NCBI GenBank assembly: GCA_964016885.1
Contig: OZ024752.1
Coordinates: 28,148,001 to 28,212,000 of the forward strand
Origin: Eledone cirrhosa
Taxonomy: Eukaryota
Direction: 5' to 3'
DNA: 64,000 nt
The translations under genes and the position numbers were made by a program. Position 1 is the stretch's first letter; every line of letters begins with the position of its first letter. The notes beneath the pieces are model-generated. The model worked only from the letters and a program-made list of their open reading frames with translations, was not told the origin of the DNA and ran no database searches. Below are positions 33,554-52,357 of the stretch, piece by piece.

Positions 33554-33879
33554 TAGTATTTACGTATCGAGAAAGAGAGAAAAAGGAAGGATAGGTGATA
33601 CATATAGTTATTTGCCAAGTAGCGTATGCCAAAGGTGCTCGATACTTGTATATATATATATATATACATACATATATATATACATATAATTACACATATA
33701 TATATATGTATACATATATATATATATACATATATATATGTATATATACATACATACATATATATATACATATATATATATACATACATATATATATATA
33801 CATAGATATATATACATATATATATAAATACATATTTATATATATTTATACATGCATATATATACATACATATATATAC

Positions 33880-33942
<63 letters not shown>

Positions 33943-34004
33943 CATACATATATATATACATGCATATATATATATATATATATAAATATATATATACATA
34001 CATA

Positions 34005-34054
<50 letters not shown>

Positions 34055-34184
34055 CATATATATATATACGTATATATATACATACATATATATATATACA
34101 TATATATATACATACATATATATATATATATATATACATATATATATACATACATATATATATATATATACATACATATATGCA

Positions 34185-34235
<51 letters not shown>

Positions 34236-34330
34236 CATATATATATATACATATATACATATATATATAGATACATATATACATATATATATACATACAT
34301 ATATATATACATACATATATACATATATAT

Positions 34331-34436
<106 letters not shown>

Positions 34437-34440
34437 ATAC

Positions 34441-34471
<31 letters not shown>

Positions 34472-34590
34472 AATACATATATATATATACATATTTATAT
34501 ATATATACATATATATATATATACATACATATATATATATACATACATATATATATCTACATATATATATCTACATATATATATACATAC

Positions 34591-34661
<71 letters not shown>

Positions 34662-34806
34662 TATATGTATATATACTTACATACATATATATATACATAT
34701 ATATATATACATACATATATATATATACATAGATATATATACATATATATATAAATACATATTTATATATATTTATACATGCATATATATACATACATAT
34801 ATATAC

Positions 34807-34869
<63 letters not shown>

Positions 34870-34926
34870 CATACATATATATATATATACATGCATATAT
34901 ATATATATAAATATATATATACATAC

Positions 34927-34975
<49 letters not shown>

Positions 34976-35034
34976 CATATATATATATACATATATATAT
35001 ACATACATATATATATATATATATACATATATAT

Positions 35035-35065
<31 letters not shown>

Positions 35066-35113
35066 CATATATATATACATACATATATATATATATATAC
35101 ATACATATATGCA

Positions 35114-35150
<37 letters not shown>

Positions 35151-35245
35151 CATATATATATATACATATATACATATATATATAGATACATATATACATA
35201 TATATATACATACATATATATATACATACATATATACATATATAT

Positions 35246-35338
<93 letters not shown>

Positions 35339-35339
35339 C

Positions 35340-35370
<31 letters not shown>

Positions 35371-35485
35371 AATACATATATATATATACATATTTATATA
35401 TATATACATATATATATATATACATACATATATATATATACATACATATATATATATACATATATATACATATATATATACATAC

Positions 35486-35534
<49 letters not shown>

Positions 35535-35724
35535 CATATATAGATATATATATATATATACATATATATATACATACATAGATATATATATACATATATA
35601 TATACATGCATATATATATATATATATATGTATGTATATATATATATATATATGTATGTATATATATATGTATATATATATATGTATATATATATGTATA
35701 TATATATATATGTGTATGTATATA

Positions 35725-35755
<31 letters not shown>

Positions 35756-35896
35756 GTATATATACATACATATATATACATATATATATATATACACACA
35801 TATATATATACATACATATATATATATACACATATATATATATATACATACATATATATATATACACATATATATATATATACATACATATATATA

Positions 35897-37709
<1,813 letters not shown>

Positions 37710-37831
37710 ATATAGATATAGATATATACATGTATATATACATACATATATATATATATATACATATATATATACATACATATATATATATACATATATA
37801 TATATACATATATATATATACATATATATAT

Positions 37832-37895
<64 letters not shown>

Positions 37896-38039
37896 ATATA
37901 TATATGTATATATACACATATATATATACATATATATACATACATATATATATATACATTTATATATATATACATACATATATATATATATACATATATA
38001 TATATACATATATACATACATATATATATACATATATAT

Positions 38040-38088
<49 letters not shown>

Positions 38089-38137
38089 TACATATATATA
38101 TACACATACATATATATATATATACATATATATATAC

Positions 38138-38196
<59 letters not shown>

Positions 38197-38226
38197 CATA
38201 TATATACATATATATATACATACATA

Positions 38227-38267
<41 letters not shown>

Positions 38268-38541
38268 ATACACATATATATATATACATATATATATATA
38301 TACATATACATATATATATATATATATGTACATATATATATATATACATATATATATACATATATATATACATACATATATATATATAAACATATATATA
38401 TATATACATATATATATATACATATATATTTACATATATATATATACATATCTATATACATATATATATACATACATATATACATATATATATACATATA
38501 TATATATACATACATATATACATATATACACACATATATAC

Positions 38542-38638
<97 letters not shown>

Positions 38639-38659
38639 CATATATATATACATATATAT

Positions 38660-38750
<91 letters not shown>

Positions 38751-39203
38751 CATACATATATATATACACACATACATATATATACACATACATATATATA
38801 TATATATACGTATATATACATACATATAAGTTCACGAAATCACAATACCATGTCGGGCTTCACGCAATGTATGGTACTGCACCATCATGCCATTCACTAT
38901 CCTACACAATGCTACCTATTGTTAAAGTGATGTGGACTATATCTCCACAGAGATTTGTAGTGGTGGCAAAAATTGAACCGATTCATCAGCAAGAGTTCAA
39001 TGGTGAGCGACTCAATGATTACCAAATCATCCAATAACAGCATGAAACTTATTGATATATCCTACAAATTAATTATGGTCATCAACGAGAATTAATCCAC
39101 CTAAAATTAAACTATTGATAATCGGGTCAGTTGGTAAAGAGTCGATGTATATGTGTGTATTCAATTTCATTTTTCATATATTTACGACCATTTGTTTTAA
39201 TAA

Positions 39204-39393
39204 TTCTTTCCACTTTTGGCACAGAGCCAACAATTACCCAGTGCATTACTAGTACTTTATTTTATCGAGCCCGTAAGGATGAAAGGCAAAGTTAACCTCG
39301 GCGGGATTAGAACTCAGTCCGCAAAGGGACGTAACTCTATGATGGAAAGCATGGCGCCCAACTCTCTGCCGATACTGCCAATCCACCGCCCCC
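39204..39393 (-). mobile_element. tRNA-derived SINE (Meta-type core by recall) with 13-bp TSD TTTGTTTTAATAA
   Basis: A-box-like tggcagtatcgg, B-box-like gagttctaatccc, core ctttgcctttcatcctt..cgataaaataaagtac. TSD at 39191-39203 and 39395-39407. Confidence 0.85.
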
Positions 39394-39716
39394 TTTTGTT
39401 TTAATAACGTAGATATGTACGAATGAAGTTATTACATTATTGTACGATTTAAATTAAGAACATATGGTGTTCCATAATATGAAAAAGGTTTTCTAGTGTA
39501 TTATATATTATTTATTAATTGGATGGAATAAAAATAATAAAAATATTATCAATTGAGATAAATCATGAGGCTGAAATATTTTTTATAATTTTGCAGAAAT
39601 GGTAAGTCACTTTACGATTGATTGCTGATAACTGTGTTGATCGTTGTAACGTTACGTTCCAGCTATGTATAGGCTGAAGGGTTTTGTATGGCTGCAGTGC
39701 AATTTAGCTTGATTAG

Positions 39717-39992
39717 GGAGGCAGCCTGGTCTAGTGGTAACTGTGTAGGCTTACGATCATAATGTCGTGGGTTTGATTCTTGAACTGGATTGTGTGTTGT
39801 GTTCTTGAGCAAAATACTTAATTTCACGTTGATCCAGCATAATCAGCTGAAAATGAGTGCCAGGAATAGCTGGGGGTTTAACCCTGTGATGGACTGCCGT
39901 ACTGCCAAGCGGGAAGTCTTATAATCTCAGTCGCTTAACTCCACAGAAACCGGGAAAAATCACTGGTCTGATAAGCTTTCGGGCCCGAGACT
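39717..39992 (+). mobile_element. tRNA-derived CORE-type SINE, diverged
   Basis: tggtctagtgg A box, ggtttgattc B box, ttgtgttcttgagcaaaatacttaa CORE-like segment, aaccctgtgatggact..cagaaaccggg 3' part. Confidence 0.65.
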
Positions 39993-40844
39993 TAAATTTT
40001 AGGGGAGCCAGCATTTATAAATGTTTAGATTTTAATAGTTTTAGAATTCAGATACGTTTGAAAATGAAAGAAATGCTTATTATTATTTATATTATTGGAA
40101 ACTTTGAAAGGATCGTGTATATATTTTGTATGTATCGTGTGTTTGAATTTCGTATTTGTACATAATATTATTCACTCGAGAGTTTTAATCAAGCCGATAG
40201 TTTGTTTAATGTTAGTGGACAAACGTATTTGTAGTTAAATGTTTGTTTGTTTCTTCAAGTATGTCGGTAAGATAATATTGTAGGGAAATTTTAAAAGGTT
40301 TCTTAATGATGACTGTTTCTATCATTACTTTGCAAAATATATCTAATATTGGATTTTCATATCTATAGTATAAAGTAAACATAGGCGTACGTATTTGATA
40401 GAAACTATTTTCATGCTCTAGACTTAGATATGCTTCTGTGGGATACACAATGAAAATTAATAACATATACGGTTTCCTCACATTATTTGAAGAGATACTT
40501 CCTCAGGATTCACATTAATACACATAACTGACATAATGCTAAACCCGAGGTATTTTTAATGATATATATCAGAAACCTCTAGCTGCTTTACAACTTCCCT
40601 CGTATACATTTTTTCAATGTTTTTTCTTTTTCTTCTTTTTTCGTTTTTCTTTCCTTTTATGAGTATCCTTCTTTCCGTTTTCTTGCCTATTTTAAAGATT
40701 TTCCATTTATATTCTATTTTTATATTGATATTCACTTATCCCTGTCTATCTTGATTTTTGTTTCTCAACTCCAACAAGTACTAGATACTTCCCCTAATCT
40801 GTCTGAGATTACTAGCATTACACGGACGGTTATATATATGAGTG

Positions 40845-41510
40845 GTCTTGATAAACGGTACCGAACGAGAAACATCTGTCAATCACTCTTCTTTGCCTTT
40901 GCCGGGAATAAGTAAGTGACATAGTCACTACTTTAAAATTCATAGCGAATGGACTTCAGAATGTTTTTAATTGAATATACAGTATATTGCCGAATCTACT
41001 ATATATACTATATATACATTCATGTATACAACGCTATTTCAGAGCACCAATACTAATACCTAATGTTTGCTGGACCGGCAATCACTCTGTTTAATCAGCT
41101 CTTAAATATTACTGGAATTCTATAAATTCCACTTTCTATAAATCTCGGCGGAAGCAAGGGAGTGAGTGTTCTTGATACGATAACGAGCGAGAAACAGCTG
41201 TCGATCACTCTCCTTTGCTTTTGCTGAGAATAAGTAGGTGACATAGTCACTACTTTAGAACTCATAGAGAATGGTCTTCAAAATGTGTTTAATTAAACAT
41301 ACAGCATGTTACCAAATCTACTATATATATATACTATATATATATATATATACTATATATATACTATTTATCTATTACATTCACGTATTATATTTCGAAT
41401 ACCTGATGATATCACCGGATTCATACGGAACGCGGTCATTGAAATGATCATAGTATAATAAACCTTTCAAGGATTTACACAAATCCAGCCTACTGTCATT
41501 TCATTATAAT
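40845..41510 (+). mobile_element. PLE-like 3' remnant with internal direct repeat (~40848-41030 / ~41170-41390) and a hammerhead
   Basis: The diverged duplicate segments are visible. The element ends in the TA tract. Confidence 0.55.
41399..41456 (+). ncRNA. Type I hammerhead ribozyme, family 6
   Basis: atac-CTGATGA-tatcaccg..cggtcatt-GAAA-tgatca-TA-gtat. Stem III palindrome ATGATCAT. Confidence 0.8.
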
Positions 41511-41682
41511 ATATACTATATATATATATACTATATATATAAACTATATATACTATATATATATACTATATATAATATATATATATATACTATATATATA
41601 TATACTATATATACTATATATATATATACTATATATAATATATATATATACTATATATATATACTATATATATATATATACT

Positions 41683-41718
<36 letters not shown>

Positions 41719-41768
41719 CTATATATATATACTATATATATATACTATATATATATACTATATATATA

Positions 41769-41812
<44 letters not shown>

Positions 41813-41850
41813 TATATATATATATACTATATATATACTATATATATATA

Positions 41851-41906
<56 letters not shown>

Positions 41907-42066
41907 CTATATATATATACTATATATATATACTATATATATATATACTATATATATACTATATATATATACTATATATATATATATATATACTATATAT
42001 ATATACTATATATACTATATATATATATACTATATATATATATATACTATATATACTATATAAATA

Positions 42067-42104
<38 letters not shown>

Positions 42105-42135
42105 TATATATATATATACTATATATATATATATA

Positions 42136-42201
<66 letters not shown>

Positions 42202-43059
42202 TATATATATATATATATGAAAGACGTAAAATAAGAAAATTTAAAAAATTAAAAATTAACTTACTAAAATTTTCACTCCAACTAATTAGTTTCTGTAAGG
42301 GGATAAATATAGTTACGTAAGATAACTATAGAGAATTCCTTACGTCATCAGGGAGTCTATTCTCAGCTACGTTCCCAGGCAATGCGCGGACACTTTTCTT
42401 ATTTTACGTCTTTCATATAATTGTTTTGCATCCCCCTGCATAGAACCACAGAGGTACTAAGACATAACATATATATTTGCCAGCATGGGTATACATCTGT
42501 ATACATATGTTGGTAGATATACTAATTCTCTATATTTATCTCCAAATTATTTGTTGAGCAAAACTTGCCAAAATTTACTGCTGTGATTTATGGTAGTAGT
42601 AGGCTATTGTCATAATACCACCCCACTCCTCACTGATTAACCTCAGTGTCACGTGATTGATCCTTTAGAAACTGCCACTGACCAAAGAGGCAGTGAATTT
42701 TTTCAGTGCTTTGGAATTTAGTCCCGGCTAGCTTTGTTCCATCCACTGAATTATTATTTTTATATGGGTTCCTAGTGTCCGCGCTCTGCCTGGCAACTTA
42801 GCTGAGAATAGACTCCCTGATGACGATAGGAATTCTCTATAGTTATCTTACGTAACTATATTTATACCCTTACAGAAACTAATTAGTTGGAGTGAAAATT
42901 TTAGTAAGTAAGTTAATTTTTAATTTTTAAAATTTTCTTATTTTACGTCTTTCATATAATTGTTCTGCATCCCCCTGCATAGAACCACAAAGGTACTAAG
43001 ACATAACATATATATTTGCCAGCATGGGTATACATCTGTATATGTTGGTAGATATACTA

Positions 43060-43120
<61 letters not shown>

Positions 43121-43389
43121 TATATATATATACTATATATATATATAGAGAGAGAGAGAATTAGTATAACTACCATCATATGTATACAGATGTATACCCA
43201 TGCTGGCAAATATATATGTTATGTCTTAGTACCTTTGTGGTTCTATGCAGGGGGATGCAGAACAATTATATGAAAGACGTAAAATATACTATATATATAC
43301 TATATATATATATACTATGTATATATATATATACTATATATATATATAATATATACTGTATATATATATATACTATATATATATATATA

Positions 43390-43435
<46 letters not shown>

Positions 43436-43528
43436 TATATATATACTATATATATATATATATACTATATATATATATATATACGATATATATATATATA
43501 TATATACTATATATATATAGTATATATA

Positions 43529-43570
<42 letters not shown>

Positions 43571-43631
43571 TATATATATATGTATACTATATATATATAT
43601 ATATATATACTATATATATATAGTATATATA

Positions 43632-43673
<42 letters not shown>

Positions 43674-43980
43674 TATATATATATGTATACTATATATATA
43701 TATATATATACTATATATATATATATATATACTATATATATATATACTATATATATATATACTATATATATATATATATATATATACTATATATATACTA
43801 TATATACATATACTATATATATATATATATATATATACTATATATATACTATATATATACATATATATACTATATATATATATATACGATATATATATAT
43901 ATACTATATATATATATATACTATATATATATATATACTATATATATATATATATATACTATATATATATACTATATATA

Positions 43981-44018
<38 letters not shown>

Positions 44019-44115
44019 TATATATATATGTATACTATATATATATATATATATATACTATATATATACTATATATATATATATATACTATATATATATA
44101 TACTATATATATATA

Positions 44116-44146
<31 letters not shown>

Positions 44147-44236
44147 CTATATATATACTATATATACATATATATACTATATATATATATACGATATATA
44201 TATATATATATACTATATATATATACTATATATATA

Positions 44237-44280
<44 letters not shown>

Positions 44281-44443
44281 TATATATATATGTATACTAT
44301 ATATATATATATATATATACTATATATATATATACTATATATATACTATATATATATATATACTATATATATATATACTATATATATATATACTATATAT
44401 ATACTATATATATATATACTATGTATATATATATATATATATG

Positions 44444-44485
<42 letters not shown>

Positions 44486-44494
44486 TATATATAT

Positions 44495-44527
<33 letters not shown>

Positions 44528-44560
44528 CTATATATATATATATACGATATATATATATAT
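41511..44560. repeat. (TA)n tract with TACTA-type interruptions, interrupted by the element at 42219-43284
   Basis: The variant unit tatatac-tatata differs from the tacata variant elsewhere. Confidence 0.95.
42219..43284. mobile_element. Family 4 relative: inverted arm (42219-42392), 1.25 tandem copies of a 539-bp monomer (42394-43065), second inverted arm (~43157-43284)
   Basis: ttttcttattttacgtctttcatataattg at 42394 and 42933. Hammerheads on both strands. Confidence 0.8.
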
Positions 44561-44561
44561 G

Positions 44562-44612
44562 AGTTTCAGAAGATCCCGTTAAGGGTGAAAGCACCAATTC
44601 TTTGCTTAAACT
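44562..44612 (+). ncRNA. Hammerhead variant with CAGA core, family 7 (copy 46875-46929 -)
   Basis: agttt-CAGAAGA-tcccgttaagggt-GAAA-gca..tgc-TT-aaact. Both copies have CAGA although their loop III sequences differ. Confidence 0.7.
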
Positions 44613-44819
44613 TTAATTTGTTATTTTAATATATATATATATATTCTTTTACTTGTTCCTGCCATCCGGCTGAGGCCATGCTGGGGCATATATATATATA
44701 TATATATATATATAAGTGTGTGCATGTATGAATGTATATATTACTACCACTATACAGACTATTAAATTGATTAAATAAATCCATATATATATATACATGT
44801 GTGTGTGTGTGTGTGTGTG

Positions 44820-44912
<93 letters not shown>

Positions 44913-45831
44913 TGTGTGTGTGTGTGTGTGTGTACCAGAATAGAATAGTTACTGAAGCGTCACCCAGCAGGGCCTACAGATATAATCCCTTATTTTGATA
45001 TATTCATATTCTTTCATTATTTAATATTATGTGTTTGTAGTTTGTATTCTGGGTGACATATTCGGGAGATCATGGTAGCACACAAACATTAAACAGAATA
45101 CACTTTACTTTGATTGAATATTCACAGCAAGACTACAATGAGACCATTGATGCTGATAAATCATGCTCTGACTCAGAAGAACATTGATGGATATACACAC
45201 ACACAGACACGTGCATACACACAACCGAACACAGCTGTGACGAGGGAGCCATACATTATTGAAAGAGTAAATACACACGTTTTTTGCAAGGCTACTATTC
45301 CAAATTAAGCATAAGGAGCTAATAAGCTAATAGACAAGACGGAAAATTCTTGATAGAACTGATCAAACTATCTCTCTTTTGTGTGTGTATATATATCTAT
45401 ATATATATATAACATTATGTATTCGTTTGGCTAGTCACACACACACATGTGCGTGTGGACACACACACACACACACACACACACGCCAGAAGTTGTTTCT
45501 CGCTAATTTCCACTAGACGGTATACGATTCTCGCTAATTTATATTTGTATTAATCTCCAGAGTCTAGCTATTGAGCAGTTAATTTTCTTGAATTTTTTTT
45601 TAAAAATAATTCTATTGGCTGATGAATAGCTTTTGTTAATTTTAAAACCATTCTGTTGACAACTTAATTCGTTTTATGATATTTTGCAATAATAACACAT
45701 ACTGAATTCAACCGCCAAGACTAAGGGTTGCCCCCCTTGTTGAGCCCCACGTGGGTTTTGATAATGGTCAGTCCTTGGTTTGGCACTTGAACTAATTTAT
45801 ATTTGTAAATATATATATATATATATATATA

Positions 45832-46140
45832 TAATCTGAGTTTTTCGAATATTAATAATAACATTCGATTCGTTTGCAATTATGCCAACACAAGAACAAG
45901 AATGAAGGGTTCATTCTACTGACATGGCTATATAATTGAGGCTTGTTTGCATAATTGCAAACGAATCGAATGTTATTATTAATCTTTCATCCTTACGGGG
46001 TCGATAAAATAAAGTACCAGTAATGCACTGGGCAATTGCTGGCCTTGTGCCTAAAGTAGAAACAATTATTAATATTCGAAAAACTCAGATTACATTTATT
46101 GTATTCAGCCATGTAGAGCGAAATTTTCTTTTTTTTCTTA
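45832..46140. mobile_element. Short inverted-repeat element interrupted by a SINE 3' fragment (45984-46064, TSD ATTATTAAT)
   Basis: Arm 45832-~45897 pairs with ~45943-45983 plus 46074-46092 once the SINE is removed. TSD at 45975-45983 and 46065-46073. Confidence 0.75.
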
Positions 46141-46161
46141 TTATACATATATATATATATA

Positions 46162-46410
<249 letters not shown>

Positions 46411-46425
46411 ATATATATATATATA

Positions 46426-46518
<93 letters not shown>

Positions 46519-46789
46519 AGGAAAGCACGAACGGGAGAAAGAAAATTTTCCTTCATCAGTTGTCTGCTGGGGATCAGGGATATTTCTACGCATGAAAGAC
46601 AAGATATCTAACCCCAGTGCGTCAATAGCTAAAGGATGTTATTGGGAAAAAAGGGAGAGAGACAAAAATATATATAACAGAAGGGAAAAGGAAAGTAAAA
46701 GGAAAAAACAGTGAAAAAAACCGAAAACAACAAACCGAAGAGGGAAACCCGAAGCACATGTGTGTGAGCAACTCGAAGAGAGAGAAAAG

Positions 46790-46860
<71 letters not shown>

Positions 46861-49800
46861 TAAAATAACAGATTAAAGTTTAAGCAAAGAATCGCTGCTT
46901 TCACCCTTAACGGGATCTTCTGAAACTTTGCGTATACTTTAATCTGTTATTTTAATAAATATTTGCTCTACGGTTCTGATATATTTGATATATATTTATC
47001 CTTATCGAGCCCACTTTGGATTTTAGTCTTTAAATTTATTATTATTACTATATATATATATATATATATACATATGACTAGCCAAACGAAATATTTGTCT
47101 TTAAATATAAACAAAATGAAGCATTGTTTCATTCTTACTTAATTAACGCACTCATTAATGCCAAAATGGGTTTAGACAACCGAATTACGAACTGAAGGGT
47201 TGCACTACACTGTAACACAGTTATCTTCCCTTGATCTGGTAGCAAATATCTCTTAAATCGCTCCATAACGTCTCTAAAATAAAGATTATATTGGATAATA
47301 TAATTTGATATCATCTATGAAGAAAATGGCGGAATGGTAATTACTAGCAAATCTTTGAATATAGTTCTTTATCTGGGTGGCAAACGACAAAAATAGTTAA
47401 AATGTAACAAACAACATATAATTTCGTATTTCACGTCAGTCATTTTCCTATGTAATATAACCAGAACTAGTTGTATGTTAGCAGTTTCACTCGAGTCCAC
47501 CGACTCGAAATCCTTTGGTGATAAACGTTCACTACTATTCCTAAGATGTTGGTAAAATAAAGTCAGAATTACGTATTTTGGACGATTTCTCTGTATTAAT
47601 TGGAGCGATGCAAACGCAACACAGTCGAACTTCATGGTCTTGCAAAGCATTAGATCATTGGAGAAAAATTTGTATTCGTATATTTAGCTTCGCGTTAGAA
47701 CTGCACAAATCTCTGATTCTGAGAAGCATCTGTAATAGCTAATTGTAACAATTTATGTTTTATATATTTTAATTTAACAATCATAAACCGTGTAAAGACG
47801 TAGTATTTCACACAAATTGTAAACGTACAAAATTTGACGTAAAATGCACAACATTGGATTTAGCAGAGGCCAACTGCTCATTAGAATAGTCCCTGCCCTC
47901 TAGTTGTGCTTCGTAATTATTTTTCCAGATATCAGTTGAAATTAGTAACAAGACCCTAACTTTGAAGAGATGTTGTGAGTTTCATAAACAAAACACATCT
48001 CACATAAAACCACGAAAACCAATCTCCCCATAAAAATATCACAGCTTACGTAACATATTCTACACTAAACATAGCAGTCAAAACACTAAAGTAAATACAG
48101 AGATAACACACCAAAATATTACATAAAAACAACGATGTAAATATTGTAAAAAGAAAACATTCTATAATCCCAAAATAAATAGCTGCACACAGCTCATGGA
48201 CACAGAGGTGTACTTGGTGATTCAGTAAAGAGTTACGTGATAATATCTTACAAAGACAGGCATTTTAACGTTGTGAACTGTCGAATATATCGATCAGGGA
48301 ACGATGAAGGCTGGGGTTTGAACTCAAAATGAAATTAATAAGATCAAATAGTAATCTGTCCAACGATGTTCTGTTAGATAATAAGAATACAAATATATTT
48401 GTGAACAAACCAAACAATTACAAAATATGACTTTCAAACTAGTATATCTAGGAATATTTCAGTTTTTAGTGTCTAGAAAGATGGTCTATATTATTGTTTG
48501 GGTGGTTTCCGTTGGTGAGAACTCCTGTGGGGTTTCCGTTTTCGATGATGACGTTAGTTACCTCGGAGCAATCAATATAGATATGGTTTTTTGCTGATGT
48601 GTTTTCTGATAAAATTGATATTGTTCCGAAGATCTTCGTAGGAAATGAGTTTTTATCATTTACCTGAGGACACCCTCATATTTTCTATAATATCATTTAT
48701 TGGGATTCTTACTTCAAATGAATGCAGACAAAGATCTTTCTCATCACCGAATTGAACACAATTAATTTTTATCTCCAAACAATTTGGTGGGAAGTTGTTG
48801 CAGTGGTTGAAATCCTAATTATATACAACTGAATATTTCCCGCGCGATTGTCTGGCTTAGGTATTTATGGAAGTGGTGACAGTGCTAGTGACAGTGGAGG
48901 CAAAGGTTTGGGGTTTGGGGATAATTCGGCTGATTGTAGGATGCTATATGTGTTCTAGAATTCATCGTCGTTGTTATATAAACTGCAAGTGGTCATGACG
49001 GTGGTTTTTGATGTTATAACTTTTGCCTCAGAATGTGGTGATGATATTGCTCCCATCTATATATGTAACGATGGCGATTGGCATTTCTTTTCAGAGAAAT
49101 TAATATTCAAAGATTCCCCTACTCAAGAATTTCAACCTGAGAGAAGGAAGTGCTTCTTCGTTGTTAAATAGAATAGTTCTGCTTGAGTTATTCCCCTTCT
49201 ACCATTCTCTCTTAATGTTCTCTAATATTCATCACACGACGCCATTTGTAAATTTGATTATAAATGAAAAGAATTTCTGAAACAAAACCTCTAAAATTTC
49301 TAAACGAAACCCACTAACATTTCTAGACATTAAAATATATTGAGATGGGATATGGAGAAAACATTCAACACAATAAAATAACACTACCAATAAAAAAAGA
49401 AGGGGAAATAAGCATATATGAGAATATCACAGAGATCGACAACCATGGCATGCAAGTAATTCCCTGTAAATTGAATTGCAAACAAGTGTAGAGCCCAGAG
49501 TATGAAGAAGTGTCTCAATTTCTGGCTGAAACCAGTTGCGTCTATGACATCACTTTTTTGTTTATAAACAAACCCCATTCTCAAATGTGTCTTCTTATTT
49601 CTTCATGATGTATAGTCTTTCTAGAGAGAAGCTTTTCACTTCTCCGGTGAAAAGAGTTGCCTAATTTGTTGTTTTGAAGAATTCATTTTAATCATTGAGA
49701 CAATTCACAAAACTATCTACTTAGTTCAATTTAGTAATCATTGATTAAAAATAATAAAAAATGAAATCAAGACAGAAAACAAACCGAAATTCTTAAATTC

Positions 49801-49906
49801 GCGAGTTTCTGGGTTATAAGAAAAGACAAACAAACAATAAAATAATCAAAGAACCAAATTGACGGGAGAAAAACTATGATTCCTGAATTTGTAACGCCAC
49901 AAGGAT

Positions 49907-50097
49907 GCGGTGGATTGGCAGTATCGGTAGAGGGTCGGACGCCATGCTTTGAAGCACAGAGTTACCTCCCTTTATGATCTGAGTTCAAATCCCGCCGAGG
50001 TTAACTTTGCCTTTCATCCTTACAGGGTCGATAAAATAAAGTACCAATAATACACTGGGTTAATTGCTGGCCTTGTGCCAAAAGTAGAAACAATTAT
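49907..50097 (+). mobile_element. tRNA-derived SINE, same family as 39204
   Basis: tggcagtatcgg A box, gagttcaaatccc B box, core and tail gccttgtgccaaaagtagaaacaatt. Confidence 0.85.
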
Positions 50098-50195
50098 AAT
50101 ATGAATAGGATCTCCAGCCAGATCTGCCACATCTGGCCGTCTTTACTCCTTCCCCATTTGTAATGTTATTTATATAATTGTAAATAGAAGTAACA

Positions 50196-50382
50196 ATGTC
50201 TACTTTGGGCACAAAGCCAGCAATTACCCCAGTGCATTACTGGTGCTTTATTTTATCGACTCCGTTAGGATGAAAGGCAAAGTTAACCTGGGCAGGATTT
50301 GAACTCAGAACGTAAACGGCCATAACTCTATGCTGCAAGACATGGTGTCTGATGCTCTACCGACTCTGCCAATCCACCGCCC
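50196..50382 (-). mobile_element. tRNA-derived SINE, same family, inverted relative to 49907
   Basis: Reverse-complement homology along the whole length. Confidence 0.85.
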
Positions 50383-50541
50383 TTCATCACAATAACACCT
50401 AACAGAGTATTGAATAGAACCATAGACGTAATTGATGGCGTCATATTAAAAGATATGATGCAGACATATCGTACTTGTTACGTACATCTTACTGAATTGC
50501 TTGTCGTCTATGAATATTCGAGTAAGAAATGATATAAAATA

Positions 50542-50959
50542 TCTATCCATCTATATTTTACTAAAAGTCTGTGATCGCTTGCTTGCTTGTCTGTAATGTA
50601 ATACAGCCAAAAGGGCGCATAATGGGAAAATACTTTGAAAGAAAGTTGACCCTGAAATGGGAATACAAATGGAATAAAACAAGTTTCGCGTAAATCGGAT
50701 CACGGTTTCCCGAGAAATGGGGTTTTCTGGGTACCTTCACAAACAGAGACAGAAAAAGATAGAGAGAAAGAGACAGTGGCTGTGAGAGAGTAGATCGCAA
50801 CAGAGACATGGAGAGAGGGAGAGAAGACAGAGAAGGAGAATGGAAGAGAGAGAGAGAGAGAGACAGAGTTGGAGGAGCTGTGTATATATGTGAGTGTGTG
50901 TATATGTGTGTGTCTGTGACCAGTGTATATAAATCACAGATACCCACATATATATATAT

Positions 50960-51004
<45 letters not shown>

Positions 51005-51025
51005 TACATATATATATATACACAC

Positions 51026-51056
<31 letters not shown>

Positions 51057-51487
51057 TATATATACACACATAACGAAGGAAATGTGGTAAAGAACCAGGT
51101 GGACCATAACGCACCAAAGTACTCAATACTTGAGGTAGTAGAGTGGGTAATAGGGACCAGTAAGACCCCGAAACGGCTTGAGCTCAGCTGTCGGGGTCTT
51201 ACTAGTCCCTATTATACACACATATGTATATATATATACACACACATATATATATATATACACACACACATATATATATATACACACACACATATATATA
51301 TACACACACACACACATATATATATATATACACACACACATATATATATATATATATACACACACACATACACATATATATATACACACACACACATACA
51401 CACATATATATATACACACACACATACACATATATATATATACACACACAGATACACATATATATATACACACACACATATATATAT

Positions 51488-51528
<41 letters not shown>

Positions 51529-51778
51529 TATATATATATACACACTTATATATACACACATATATATATAAATACACACACATACATATATATGTATACA
51601 AACACACACATTTATATATATATACATACACACATGTATATATATCAGCCTTCCAGTTTTATTTTACATTATATACATGTCTGTGTATATTTTAATTATT
51701 TAGAAATGATTAAGTGAAGATGATTTTAAAAAAATACTTTGAAGTAAAGGTGATCCAACGGGTCACGGGTGGTCTAGT
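50542..51778 (+). mobile_element. Possible non-autonomous Helitron-like element with nested microsatellites and a PLE fragment
   Basis: 5' TCTAT..aaaa followed by (gctt)n/gtctgt, 3' aacgggtcacgggt..CTAGT, and an internal repeat aaaatactttgaa at ~50627 and ~51731. Confidence 0.35.
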
Positions 51779-52049
51779 ATATATATTAAAGATGCAGTTT
51801 CGGTAGGGTAAAAAAGTCGGTTACGCTAGAAAGATGAAAAGAAATGTGTGTCAGCGTTAGAAAGAGAGTGGGGGGGGGGGGGGGAGTGGGTGAGTGAAAG
51901 AGAGAGTGACAGTGTTGGTTGGAGTAGTGGCAGCAATAACGCAGTTAGACGAATGGAAAAGGGATGAGGAGTGAGTGAGTGAGTGAGTGAGTGAGTGAGT
52001 TAGTGAGTGAGTGAGTGAGTGAGCGTGTGTGTGTGTGTGTGCGTGTGTG

Positions 52050-52102
<53 letters not shown>

Positions 52103-52357
52103 AGCTGAAAAGTTGTCCTAATGGAAATGGTGGAATGAGGGAAATAGAAATAGACATTCGTCAAATAGAAGAGAGAGCGAATGGGTTTGAGTGAAAGGGA
52201 GTGTATATGGGAGGGGAGAGATTGAGATGTCACGCTGGTAAATAAACGTTTATTAATCAAAGAAGGGCTGTGTAGTGTTACGGTAGTAATAATTAGCAAA
52301 GTTACACGCGGAAAACAAAATCGAACTAGGGGGACGGACGAACACAAGTATCTATAT

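Noticed and set aside
45620-45660. CTGATGA..AAAA as a hammerhead
   Set aside because: No convincing stems.
48500-49245. Possible minus-strand pseudogene beginning ATGGCGTCG
   Set aside because: Multiple stops in frame and no recognisable domain.
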